Below, in pieces: positions 38,511 to 51,234 of a stretch of DNA of 64,000 bases. The notes beneath the pieces are model-generated. The model ran no database searches, was not told the origin of the DNA, and worked only from the letters and a program-made list of their open reading frames with translations. The DNA is taken from NCBI RefSeq assembly GCF_963921235.1, contig NC_086097.1, positions 7,688,001 through 7,752,000 on the forward strand. Reading direction: 5' to 3'. The stretch is from Mobula hypostoma. Its lineage: Eukaryota. The position numbers were made by a program, and so were the translations under genes. Positions within the stretch are counted from its first letter, which is position 1, and each line of letters begins with the position of its first letter.

Positions 38511-39164
38511 AGCAATCCGCAAGTGCTGCCACACTTCCAGTGCCAACATAGCATGCTCACAACTCACTAATCCTAGCTCTTCATCTTTGAAATGTGGAAG
38601 GAAAGCAGAGCACCCAGACGAAATCCAAGTGGTAACGAGGAGAACGTACAAACTCTGAACCCCAATCTTAACACAGCTCTACAGTACCATCCATTCAAAC
38701 ACTCTCACTTGAAGTCTGAACCACCACATTTCTATACTCCCATTGTGGTTTTACTTGTTAGTTCAGGTCTTATAAAGCTTATCCCTCTCTTAAAATTTCT
38801 CAGATTATTTTTCCCTCCCTTTATTTATCATTTGGTATCTGATCTAACAGTGGATTGATCAATTCTACTCTCCACTCATCCATGAGCTTTTAATTCCATT
38901 TATTTACTTTTTATTTATTTGGAGATACAATACAAAACAGGCCTTCCAACCCAATGAGCTGCACCACCCAGCATCCCACTGATTTAACCCAAGCCTAATC
39001 ATGGGACAATTTACAATGTGCAATTAACCTACTAACTGGTACTGGAAAAAAAATGGCAGAGGCATTTTAAGTTTAAAGGAAACCATAACAGCTCCTGTAT
39101 TGTCTTCCAAACACAGAACATAAAGCGTGATAGAAAAAACTTCATATAATTTTGTCAGTGCATT

Positions 39165-39696
39165 AAAGGTCCAGGCCTGACTGTGGTCTTTTGTCGGGCG
39201 CCGGACGCTCGGAGAGATTCGGCAGGGGGCCGTGGTTGAGTGGTCAGCGACTTGGGCCGGATCCCCTGCTGGACTGGAGAGAAGGGTGTGAGGATACCCA
39301 GCAAGACAGAAAACAAACAAGACCTGACAAAGGGCGGATGAGCTCCTTGTGAGCCAATGGCCATCTTCCGTGGAAGAGGTTAAAGCCTCACCACGTATCT
39401 ACGAATCGTATGCTATGCACCTAGTTAGAGGAGACATGATGAACTTGGGCGCTGCACCGTGTGCCTGGACCTGCCCAAGGCCTCCGCCTAAGGGAAGGCC
39501 GAACTCGAAAAAGCGGCCACGGCTGGAGGCTGACACGGCCTCGGGCTCGAGTTCGGCAGGGGCGGCGGTGGGGTGCCAAGGTGGCCAACGAGAACAAACT
39601 GGAGGAGAGGCTGTACTCGGTGCTGTCACAAGATCGAAAAAGATGGAGGTGCATAGCCACCAACCCCAGATTCGGGACGGCACCCACTGACTGACT
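39165..39696 (+). mobile_element. RTE-type non-autonomous element interrupted by a gene fragment
   Basis: Removing 39449-39626 restores GDMMNLAQDRKRWRCIATNP, an RTE-like C-terminus (AQDR..WR), followed by an (ACTG)n tail. The 5' boundary is approximate. Confidence 0.6.
39451..39626 (+). pseudogene. ZFTRAF1: Circularly permuted fragment of ZFTRAF1/CYHR1 N-terminal coding sequence
   Basis: Encodes [11 protein letters not shown], then PNSKKRPRLE...[12 protein letters not shown] (one frameshift, one stop). Vertebrate ZFTRAF1 reads PPKKRLR...[25 protein letters not shown] (from recall). Confidence 0.85.
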
Positions 39697-40459
39697 AAAG
39701 GATATGGCGAGAAGGCAAGTATATGGAGTTGAGTGGAATCTGGGATCAACCGGGATGGAATGGTGGAGCAGACTGGATGGGCTGAAAAGCCTTATTCTGC
39801 TCCTCTGTCTTATGGTCTGATGGTAATAGCATCATGCTAATCACTATGCTAATCACGGAGCAGCAGTGAACCATCTGATTGGCCTATCACAGTTCTCTTT
39901 GGGATCTAGTTGACTTGATCAGCATTTCTGATCTGGCTATTGCTCACGACTGCACTTAATAAAAAAGGACTTTGCTAGTGTGGTGCCATAATTTCACAAT
40001 CCTTCAACTGGATGGTTTAAATCTGAGGTTCTTCCTTCTCTATGATAATACCAACTCATTTTTGCAATTCGCCACACTTGAATGTGAAGGCCAAAGTTAT
40101 CTACAGTAGACACAGTAGGATAATGTATTACAATGTTGTGGTTCTGTGTGTTTATTGCCTTTATTGTATATACAGGCTAACAAACATGTTACACAATAGA
40201 ATTTACTTCCATTTTTTTAGTTACCTCCTCACGGCTTGTTTCCTTTTACAGAACAATAAATCAGGAAGTTGTCAATGCTCTGATGTTTCATTTTTCTGGT
40301 AACATCTTAGAATCAGGATCAGAATCAAGTTTAATGTCACTGGCATATGTCATGACATTGGTTGTTTTTGCAGCAGTAGCAGATTGCAATACATCATAAT
40401 AAAAAAAACTATAATAAGAAATATAAATATTAAAAAAAGTAAGAAGATGATGGATACTG

Positions 40460-40810
40460 GTAGCTAGCGTTGAGGCATTTGATGTTGTGGTGTTTGGTGA
40501 GCTTACAGACATTTCATCACCAGTCTAGGGTCATCCTCAGTGCACATTATTTGGTGTTTCACTTGGGAGTGCTTGCGTTTATATAGGCGTATGTTCGCTT
40601 GCCTTGGTCCTGATTGGCCTCCCATTCAGTTGACCTTTGAATTCCATTGGCTCATGTTTCTTTGGCTCTTAGGAATTCGTGGATGGCATCTATTTGGGTA
40701 TGTTTATTTATGGAGCTATCAGAAGAGTATCGCACTTTTGAAAATTCTCGTGCCTGCACCAGGATCTCTGCGGTGTCCCAGTTAAAGTAATGTCCTTCTC
40801 GGTTTTCATG
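40460..40810 (-). mobile_element. Penelope-like (Poseidon-type) 3' end with hammerhead motif
   Basis: HENREGHYFNWDTAEIL..AREF...SINKH..ID.I..FLR GIY-YIG C-terminus; hammerhead motif at 40504-40544. Confidence 0.8.
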
Positions 40811-41124
40811 CCAAAAATTTAAATTAAGTAAGTAGTACATAAAGAGCAAAAAAGAAAAAAATACATCTTCGGTGCTGCATTGTAATTAGTAACATGATTT
40901 TAACTTCACAATTAGTTTTCTGTTTACTTGTTGAAATGGAGAATTCTTCTGCCGAAGATATATGCCGAAGGTACAGGTATATGGAGGAATTGAACGTGGG
41001 GGGGTACATGGAAGGCAGGGTTTAAGAGTCAGCACAACATTGTGGGCTGAAAGGCCTGTACTGTGCTGTACTGTCCTGTGTTCTATGTACTATATGGGGT
41101 TCATCAGAATGATCTCAGGTGGTT

Positions 41125-41560
41125 AATCTTCCATCCTTGGACTCACTTTACACGGCACGCTGTCGGAGCAGTGCTGCCAGGATAATCAAGGACACGACCC
41201 ACCCAGCCAACACACTTTTCATCCCTCTTCCCTCCGGGAGAAGGCTCAGAGCTTGAAGACTCGTACGGCCAGATCTGGGAACAATTTCTTTCTAACTGTG
41301 ATAAGACTGCTGAACGGATCCTGACCCGGATCTGGGCTGTACCCTCCAAATATCTGGACCTGCCTCTCGGTTTTTTTTTGCACTACCTTACTTTCCCTTT
41401 TCTATTTTCTATTTATGATTTATAATTTAAATTTTTAATATTTACTGTTGATTTGTACTCCAGGGAGCATGAAGAGCAGAATCAAATATCGCTGTGATGA
41501 TTGTACGCTCTAGTATCAATCGTTTGGCGACAATAAAGTGTAAAGTAAGTATAAAGTATA
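41125..41560 (+). mobile_element. Rex1/Babar 3' end
   Basis: AARIIKDTTHPANTLFIPLPSGRR motif; GACAATAAAG plus (TAAAG)-type tail. Confidence 0.85.
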
Positions 41561-41809
41561 ATCAAATTTGGTAAACTGCTAAGACATGAATTTGGCCCCT
41601 TGGACTTGAGACATATGTCACATATCTTGGAGAATTATAAGTCACTGCAAAATGTTGCAACACTGTCTGGTATTAAGGGACCACTGCACAGGATCAGAAA
41701 AAGCTGCAGAAAGTTGTAAACTCAGCCAACTCCATCATGGTTGCTAGTTTTCCCAGCATCGAGGACACTTTCAAAATGCAAAGCTCAAAATGGTGGTGTC
41801 CATCATTGA

Positions 41810-42790
41810 AGGTTCATTTTGTTGTCAAAGTATGCACGTACAATGCAACTCTGATAGTCATCTTCTCCAGGTAGCCGTGAATTAAAGAAAGAACCTGTGT
41901 ATTGTCGAAAGAAAAGACATCAACCCCACTCCCGCACGAAAAGGAAAAAGGAAGAAAACTCATATCCCTTCCCTTGCAGGAAAAAACTAACAGACCACCC
42001 ACCCAGAAAATGGCAGCTAGAACATTAAAGAGCCCAAAATCGCAACCCCTTCCCTTCCAAAAAAAAACAGTGACAGCAACATCAAACTCACAACCCCCTC
42101 CCCTGCAAGAAAGAACAGCGATCGTAACAAACTCCCAACCCCTTCTCCCATACACAAAAAGCAAGAGATCACCCACATGAAAACCCAACAAGGACATCAG
42201 ACCCCAAACCACCAACCTCTCCCGTGCACAACAACTAACACATTGTCCATCCAGTACCCCAACCCGCCTATTAGCAACAAGAAATAAAACACAGAAAGCT
42301 GAAGGAGACCAATATAAATTACAGTCCAATAATCACATAAATCTCAGAAATTTAAAAACATCTTCCCACCAGATCCAAGGAGAATAGCCGCTCTAACTCA
42401 AAGAGCGGCCTACTGTGCCGCCTACTTGCGGGCTTCTGAATGCCACCAACCCGGCTACCAATCCCGTTGACTGGTGGCCTCTGTGGAGTGCGACCGCTGA
42501 TCTCCTCTGCATTTGCCTCAATGCTTCATTCTTCCTCGATGCTTCAAATTGGAGTCGATCGTGGCCCCATGCCATGCCGCCGGTCTTCTGCATGAAGCAG
42601 TCCGTGCTTGTGGACCTCTCTCGGTACAGCAGAGTGCTCGATCAGTCGATTAAACTCCCAACTGCACGTCACAGGCTCCAAAACACAATCAAGGCAAAAA
42701 GAACAAGCAGACGATGTAGAAAAAGTTGAATAATTGGAGAGATTTTCTATCTGAAAGACGTCATCTAAGGAATCATTGTCTGCTTGCGGG
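41810..42790 (-). mobile_element. Non-autonomous non-LTR element with internal degenerate minisatellite
   Basis: Repeated AACCCC..CTCCC..CA.AAAA units at 41920-42230; 3' end shared with 36415-36725 (+). Confidence 0.55.
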
Positions 42791-44214
42791 ATAAGGACAC
42801 CTCCCCCCATCATTAAGGCATGCACTCTTCTCATTGCTACCATCAGAGAGGTAGTAGAGGAGCTGAGGACACACACTCAACATTTCAGAAACAGTTTCTT
42901 CTCTGCCATCAGATTTCTGAATGTACAATGAACCCATGTGCACTTCCTCACCATTTTTTCACCTTTTTTGCACTCATTTTGCGCTACATATTTAATTTAA
43001 TTTTTAATGTATTTTTATACTGTTCGTTTGTTATCTGGCGTGATGTATGACGTTGACGATGATGGTCTCATGACCATGATTGTTCCTGGTAACTTTTTCT
43101 ACAGAAATGGTTTGCCATTGCCTTCTGGACAGTGTCGTAACAAGATGGGTGACCCCAGCCATTATCAATACACTTCAGAGATTGCCTGCCTGGCATCGGT
43201 GGGTGGTCCCATAACCAGGGCTATACATTAGCTGCTGATACAACCAGCCACCACCTTCTCCCATGGCGTCATGTGACCCCAATCAGATGGGGGAGCTAAG
43301 CAGGTGCTACATCTTGCCCATGGGTGACCTGCAGAGGGGAAGGAGCCTCCTTTGATAGAAACGTATCTCCACCCTGCCACCCCGCTTATTTATATTAATA
43401 TATATATTACTGTACATTATAGATTTTTATTGTTGTTTATTGCAGTGTACTACTACTGCAAAACAATAAGTTTCATGACATATGCCAGTGATATTACACT
43501 TGATTCTGTTAGATCTAGGTCCTTGAATGCTGTAGCTTTTGAACAGCAGTTCTAACTACTACATTCAGAATGCAAGTCCAACCGTTGTTAAAATAATTTA
43601 CGTAAATGAAATGTACCACAATAGTAAGCCTCAGAAGAAACATAATATTTTGACATGTTAATTTTTTGATAGTAAAATTCTGAGAAGCAGATCTACCACA
43701 AGTACATGATTTGCATGGATTGCTTATCAGTTGAACTTGTCAGGTAGATGCTTTTTACAAGAAGAAAAGACAATGGCACAGGTAAGGCTGGAAGTTGTTG
43801 ATACTGACTGCTATGGAGGCATGCAGCCGTATTGTGTTTGCAGATTTCTGCACCATTCATGGACTCAGGGACCTAGCCTCTTTCACTTCCCTTTCAATTC
43901 CTCCCACAGCCTATCACAACTCCTCACCTGGTTTCACCTATCACTTGCAAGCTCGAGCATCACTTCTTCCCTTCACCCATTTGTATCTCCCCTCTTGGGT
44001 GGCAGGGTGGAGATACGTTTCCACCAGAGGAGGTGGAAGGCACTCCTTACCCCCGTGAGCTTGCAGGTCACACTTGGGCAAGGGGTAGCATCTGCTTAGT
44101 CCCCTGGATCAGGGTTACGTGAAGGCACAGGAACAGGTGGTGTACATCAGAAGTCCTGCCTATGCAACCACTGACACCATGCAAACAAATTTTGAAGAGG
44201 ATTGATAATCACAA

Positions 44215-44925
44215 GCAAGAAAACACAATCAGATGCTGGAAAACCAAGCAACATACGCAAAATGCTGGAGGAACTCAGCAGGCCAGGCAGCATCTATGAA
44301 AAAAAGTACAGTCGACATTTCGAGCCGAGACCCCTTTGGCAGGACTGGAGAAAAAAATTAAGGAGTAGATTTAAAAGGTGGGGGAGTGGAGAGAGAAACA
44401 GAAGATGACAGGTCAAACTGGGAGATAGAATAATGAAGTAAAGAGCTGGAAGTTGACTGGTGAAAGAGATACAGGGCAGGAGAAGGGAGAGTCTGATAAG
44501 AGAGAACAAAAGGCCATGGAAGAAAGAAAAAGGGGGAGGAGCATCAGACGGAGGTGATGGGCAGGCAAGGTGACATCCTATGTCCAGTGCTCCTGATGTG
44601 GCCTCCCATCAGTGACACCCAACGTAGATTGGGAGACCATTTTGCCAAGCATCTATGCTCCATCCGGCAGAAGAAGCAGGATCTCCTACTGGCCACCCAT
44701 TTTAATTCCACTTCCTATTCCCATTCCGATATGTCAATCCACAGCCTCCTCTACTATCATGATAAGGCCACACTCAGGTTGGAGGAACAGCATCTTATAT
44801 TCCACCGGGGTAGCTCCAACCTGATGGGATGAACATTGACTTCTCTAACTACCAGTGATGGACCCACCCCACCATCCTTCACCATTACCCATCCCCTTTT
44901 CCCTCTCTCACCTTATCTCTTTACT
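44215..44925. mobile_element. Penelope-like element: inverted pLTR (-) joined to a GIY-YIG 3' fragment (+)
   Basis: Minus-strand pLTR with hammerhead motif at 44309-44347; plus-strand ISDTQRRLGDHFAKHL..QDLLLATHFNSTSYSHSDMSIH..LRLEEQHLIF. Confidence 0.85.
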
Positions 44926-45639
44926 TTCAAGGACTCGATCTCATTTTCTCAATATTTATTTACTATTTATTGCCTATTATATACTGCTATTATTTTTCGT
45001 TTTGTATTTTCATTGTTGTCTTCAGCACTTTGATTGCACACCCTATTTGGGTGGTCTTTCATTTATTCTGTTATGGTTATTATTCTATAGATTTGTTGAG
45101 AATGCCCACAAGAAAGTGAAAATCAGGTTTGTATATGGTGACATATATGGTATTTTAATTTTAAAAATTACTTCAAACTTTTAACTTCTAAATGTTGCCT
45201 GACCTGCTGAGTTCTTCTGGCATAATGTGTGTATTGTTCTGGATTTCCAACATCTGCAGAACCTCCATAGATGCTGTGTGATTGACCGAGTTCTTCCAGC
45301 ATTTTGTAAGTGTTTCTGCGGTTTTCCATGCAACTGCAGAATCTCTTGTGCTTTTGTAAGCTACTCTAAATAACTTGCTTTGGTAGGATTGGAAATCACA
45401 AACTTTGGTTTAGCTGCCCGTCAGTGTAGTAAAGCTCCACCCTATTAAATTTTTATTTATTTTATTTGTTCCACGGAAGATTTGAGCCATTGTTTCCTTT
45501 GATTAACCTCATGGAATCTGACTGAAAATATTAACTAATCAAGTGTGAACTTCCACTTTGTTCTAACCTATTAATAGTAATTTCCTGTGCTGCTGATTGA
45601 GTTCAAGTTCAAGTTCAGTTTATTGTCATCCAACTCAGG

Positions 45640-48600
45640 TAAGTGTGAGGTGGAACCCAGATAAGTGTGAGATGGTTCATTTTGGTAGGTCAGATATAAT
45701 GGGAGAATAGTACGACCTTTGGCAATGTGGAGGATCAGAGGGATCTTGGGGTCTGTGTCCATAGGACACTCAAACATGCCGTATAGGTTGACAGTGTGGT
45801 TAAGAAGGCATGCAGTGCATTGGTCTTCATCAACCATGGGATTGAGTTCAAGAGCTGAGAGGTAATGTTACAGCTGTATAGGACTCCGGGCAGACCCCAC
45901 TTGGAGTACTGTGCTCAGATCTGGTCACCTCACAACAGGAAGGATGTGGAAACTATAGAAAGAGTGCAGAGATTTACAAGGATGTGGTTTGGATTGGGGA
46001 GCATGCCTGACAAGAATAGAAACATAGAAAACCTACAGCACAATACAGGTTCTTCGGCCCACAGAGGTGTGCCAAACATGCCCCTGCCTTAGAAATTACT
46101 AAGCTTACCTACAGCTCTCTATTTTATTAAGCTCCATGTACCTATCTAAAAGTCTCTGAAAAGACCCAATCGTATCCACCTCCACCACCGTTGCTGGCAG
46201 CCCATTCCATGCACTCACCAACTCTCTGAGTAAAAAACTTACCCATGACATCTTCTCTGTACCTACTCCTCAGTACCTTAAACCTCTGTCCTCTTGTGGC
46301 AACCACTTCAGCCCTGGGAAAAAGCCTCTGACTATCCACACGATCAATGCCTCTCATCATCTTATGCACCTCTATCAGGTCACCTCTCATCCTCCGTCGC
46401 TCCAAGGAGAAAAGGTCAAGTTCACTCAATCTATTCTCATAAGGCATGCTCCCCAATCCAGGCAACAACCTTGTAAATCTCCTCTGCACCCTTTCTATGA
46501 CTTTCACATCCTTTCTGTAGTGATGCGACCAGAACTGAGCACAGTACTCCAAGTGTGGTCTGACCAGGGTCCTATATAGCTGCAACATTACCTCTTGGCT
46601 CCCAAATTCAATTCCATGATTGATGAAGGCCAATACACCATACACCTTCTTAAACGCAGAGTCAACCTGCGCAGCTGCTTTGAGTATCTTATGGACTCAG
46701 ACCCCAAGATCCCTCTGATCCTCCACACTGCCAAGAGTCTTACTATTAATACTATATTCTTCCATCATATTTGACCTACCAAAATGAACCACTTCACACT
46801 TATCTGGGTTGAAGTCCATCTGCCACTTCTCAGCCCAGTTTTGCATCCTATCAATGTTCCGCTGTAACTTCTGACAGTCCTCTACACTATTCACAACACC
46901 CCCAACCTTTGTGTCATCAGCAAACTTACTAACCCATCCCTCCACTTCCTCATCCAGGTCATTTATAAAAATCACAAAGAGTAAGGGTCCCAGAACAGGT
47001 CCATGAGGCACACCACTGGTGACTGACCTCTATGTAGAATATGACCCATCTACAACCACTCTTTGCCTTCTGTGGGCAAACCAGTTCTGGATTCACAAAG
47101 CAATGTCCCCTTGGATCCCATGCCTCCTTACTTTCTCAATAAGCCTTGCATGGGGTACCTTATCAAATGCCTTGCTGAAATCCGTATACACTACATCTAC
47201 TGCTCTTCCTTCATCAATGTGTTTAGTCACATCCTCAAAAAATTCAATCATGATTGTAAGGCACGACCTGCCCTTGACAAAAGCACACTGACTACTCTTA
47301 ATCATTTTATACCTCTCCAAATGTTCATAAATCCTTCCTCTCAGGATCTTCTCCAACAACTTACCAACCACTGAGGTAAGACTCACTGGTCTATAATTTC
47401 CTGGGCTATCTCTACTCCCTTTCTTAAATAAAGGAACAACATCCGCTACCCTCCAATCCTCCGGAACCTCTCTCGTCCCCATTGATGATGCAATGATCAT
47501 TGCCAGAGGCTCAGCAATCTCCTTCCTCACCTCCCACAGTAGCCTGGGGTACATCTCATCCGGTCCCGGTGACTTATCCAACTTGATGCTTTCCAAAAGC
47601 TCTTTCTTAATATCTACATGCTCAAGCTTTTCAGTCTGCTGCAGGTCATCACTACAATCACCAAGATCCTTTTCCATAGTGAATACTGAAGTAAAGTATT
47701 CATTAAGTACCTCTGTTATTTCCTCCGGTTCCATACATACTTTCCCACTGTCGCACTTGATAGGTCCTATTCTTTCACATCTTATCCTCTTGTTCTTCAC
47801 ATACTTGTAGAATGCCTTGGGGTTTTCCTTAATCTTACCTGCCAAGGCCTTCTCATGGCTCCTTCTGGCTCTCCTAATTTCTTTCTTAAAGCTCCTTCCT
47901 ATTAGCCTTATAATCTTCTAGATCTCTAGCATTACCTAGCTCTCTGAACCTATTGTAAGCTTTTCTTTTCTTCTTGACTAGATTTACCTTTGTACACCAC
48001 GGTTCCTGTACCCTACCATAACTTCCCTGTCTCATTGGAAGGTACCCATGCAGAACTCCACACAAATATCCCCTGAATATTTGCCACACTTCTTCCGTAC
48101 TTTTCCCTGAGAACATCTGTTTCCAATTTAAGTCTCCAATTTCCTGTCTGATAGCCTCATAATTCCCATTACTCCAATTAAACGCTTTTCTAACTTCTCT
48201 GTTCCTATCTCTCTCCAATGCTATTGTATAGGAGATAGAATTATGATCACTATCTCCAATATGCTCTCCCACTGAGAGATCTGACACCTGACCAGGTTCA
48301 TTTCCCAATACCAAATCAAGTACAGACTCTCCTCTTGTAGGCTTATCTACATATTGTGTCAAGAAACCTTCCTGAACACACCTCGCAAACTCCACCCCAT
48401 CTAAACCCCTTGCTCTAGGGAGATACCAATCGATATTTGGGAAATTAAAATCTCCCATCACGACAACTCTGGCATTATTACACCTTTCCAGAATCTGTTT
48501 CCCTATCTGCTCCTCAATATCCCTGTTACTATTGGGCGGCGTATAAGAAACACCCAGTAAAATTATTGACCCTTTCCTGTTCCCAACCTCCACCCACAGA

Positions 48601-50619
48601 GACTCCGTAGACAATCCCTCCATGGCGTCCACCTTTTCTGCAGCCGTGACACTATCTCTGATCAACAGTGCCACGCCCCCACCTCTTGTGCCTCCCTCCC
48701 TGTCCTTTCTGAAACATCTAAAACCCGGCACTTGAAGTAACCATTCCTGTCCCTGAGCCATCCAAGTCTCTATAATGGCCACCACATCATAGCTCCAAGT
48801 ACTGATCCACGCTCTAAGCTCATCCGCTTTGTTCACAACACTCCTTGCGTTAAAATAGACACATCTCAAAGGTTCGGTCTGAGCCCATCCCTTCTCTATC
48901 ACCTGCCTATCCTCCCTCTCGCACTGTCTACAAGCTTTCTCTATTTGTGAGCCAACCCCGCCTTCCCCAGTCTCTTCAGTTTGGTTCTCACCCCCACAAC
49001 AATTCTAGTTTAAACTCTCCCCAGTACCTTAGCCAACCTCCCCACCAGGATATTGGTCCCCCTGGGATTCAAGTGCAACCCGTCCTTTTTGTACAGGTCA
49101 CACCTGCCCCAAAAGAGGTCCCAATGATCCAGAAATCTGAATCCCTGCCCCCTGCTCCAATAACTCAGCCCTTCATTTATCCTTCACCTCATTCTATTCC
49201 TATTCTCACTGACGCGAGGCACAGGCAGTAATCCCGAGATTACTACCTTTGAGGTCCTGTTTCTCAACTTCCTTCCTAACTCCCTGTAGTCTTTTTTCAG
49301 GACCTCTTCCCTTTTCCTACCTATGTCATTGGTACCAATATGTACCACGACCTCTGGCTGTTCTCCCTCCCACTGCAGGATATCTTGGATGTGATCTGAA
49401 ACATCCTGGACCCTGGCACCTGGGAGGCAAGCTACCACCCGAGTTTCTTTCCTGCATCCACAGAATCGCCTGTCTGACCCCCTAACTATAGAGTCCCCTA
49501 TCACTGCTGCCATCCTCTTCCTTTCCCTACCCTTCTGAGCCGCAGAACCAGGCTCTGTGCCAGAGGCATGGCCACTGTTGCTTCCCCCAGGTAGGCTGTC
49601 TCGCCCAACAGTACTCAAACAGGAGTACTTATTGTCAAGGGGCACAGCCACCGGGGTACTCTCTAGTACCTGACTTTTCCCCCTCCCCCTCCTGACTGTG
49701 ACCCACTTGTCTGTCTCCCATTGCCCCAGTGTGACCACCTGCCTACAACTCCTTTCTATCAACTCCTCACTCTCCCTGACCAAGCAAAGGTCATCGAGTT
49801 GCATCTCCAGTTCCATAACTCAGTCCCTTAGGACCTGCAGCTCGACGCACCTGGTGCAGATATGGCCGTCCGGGAGGCTGGGAGACTCCAGGACCTCCAA
49901 CATCTGACACCGAGCACAGAAAACTAGCCTCACACACCTACTTCCTCCTTTCTGCAAATAACACAGTTAAACCTACCTTGCCTTGTCCTGTTACCGCCTA
50001 AGCCCGCTGAGCCAAAGCCCTATCACTCAGCTGCCTGCTCCAAATGCTGCACACTGGATATGGCGGCCTTCTTTTTAAACCTTTCGCGCTCTGCTGCTGA
50101 CGTCATGCGCCTGTGCATTCTCACCTCTCTTTTACCCCGAGTAGTAAAGAACTCCATTTGCTCCAAAAAATCAGCTGTTCACTCGCAGCCTTCTTATAGG
50201 TTGAGTGAACTTGGCCTTTTCTTCTTGGAGCAACAGAGGATGAGAGGTGACCTAATAGAGGTGTTTAAGATGATGACAAGTATTGATTTTGTGGATAGTC
50301 AGAGGCTTTTTCCCAGGGCTGAAATGGCTAGTGCGACAGGGCACGGTTTTAAAGTGCTTGGAAGTAGGTACAGAGGAAATGTCAGGGGGATGTTTTTTAC
50401 ACAGAGAGTGGTGAGTGTGTGGAATGGGCTGCCAGCGACTGTGGTGGAGGCAGATAAAATAGGGTCTTTTAAGAGATTCCTGGAAGGTACAAGGTGCTTA
50501 GAAAAATAGAGGGTTATGGGTAACCCTAGGGATTTCTAAGGTAAGGACACGTTCGGCACAGCATTGTGGGCCGAAGGGCCTGTATTGTGCAGTGCGTTTT
50601 CTATGTTTCTATGTTTCTA
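45640..50619 (+). mobile_element. CR1 3' fragment split by a near-full-length antisense CR1 (host parts 45640-46019 and 50196-50619)
   Basis: RPHLEYCAQIWSPH..GSMP before the insertion; RLSELGLFFLEQQRMRGDL and a (CTATGTTT)n tail after it. Confidence 0.9.
46020..50195 (-). mobile_element. Near-full-length CR1 LINE: 5' UTR, ORF1 (zinc finger/leucine zipper plus SGNH esterase), ORF2 (EN-RT), all with lesions
   Basis: ORF1: CARC..CTRC, LEMQLDDL, VIGDSIVRG, VHIGTNDIG. ORF2: 338-aa EN ORF, NYRPVSLTS, DFSKAFD, KFADDTK, RPHLEYC. ATAG at both junctions. Confidence 0.95.
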
Positions 50620-51234
50620 ACCGTGCATATGTATACCGTATACTACTAAACAAAACAACGTTCCTCTGGACAAAGGTGTACAACACAGTATATAGAACTC
50701 ACATATACAATCCATTAAAAATATTACCACAAATAAAGTAACAAATATAAAGTGCATTTACAACACAAGTCAAAAGGTAAACACTACTGGTGCTTTATGA
50801 TGAGAGATGATTGGTGGCAAGAAGTTCAGTAGTATCCAGTCCTGAGGGAAGAAGCTGATCCCCTAACACCTTTTATCTGAATGCTACAGTACATCCTTCC
50901 TGATGATAGGGGGTCAAAGTGATTGATGCTTGGGAGGGATCTAAGGACCCAGCATACACAGCGCTCTGAATAAATATCTCTGATGGGTGAAAGAAAGACC
51001 CCAATGATCCTCTCAGCAGTCTTTGCAATGCTTTGTCAGAACTTGGAGTCAGATGTCTTGCAGTTCCCACACCACACAGTGATGCAGCTGGTCAGGGCAC
51101 CCTCGACTGGCCTTTTTCATAAGAGGCCTTTGAACATAATGAATTTAGATGCATCATTGAACAGTGGATATAAAATAACTTATTTCTTTATCTAAAAGAC
51201 TGTTGTTTTAAACAATCAACTTTAAGTTTAGGTG

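Noticed and set aside
39349..39690. 113-aa ORF as a functional ZFTRAF1-derived chimeric gene
   Set aside because: The conserved CTVCLDLPK and [10 protein letters not shown] blocks are out of frame in this ORF; the fragment has a stop and a frameshift.
41920..42230. CRISPR-like repeat-spacer array
   Set aside because: The units are degenerate and low-complexity within a eukaryotic retroposon, and there are no cas genes.
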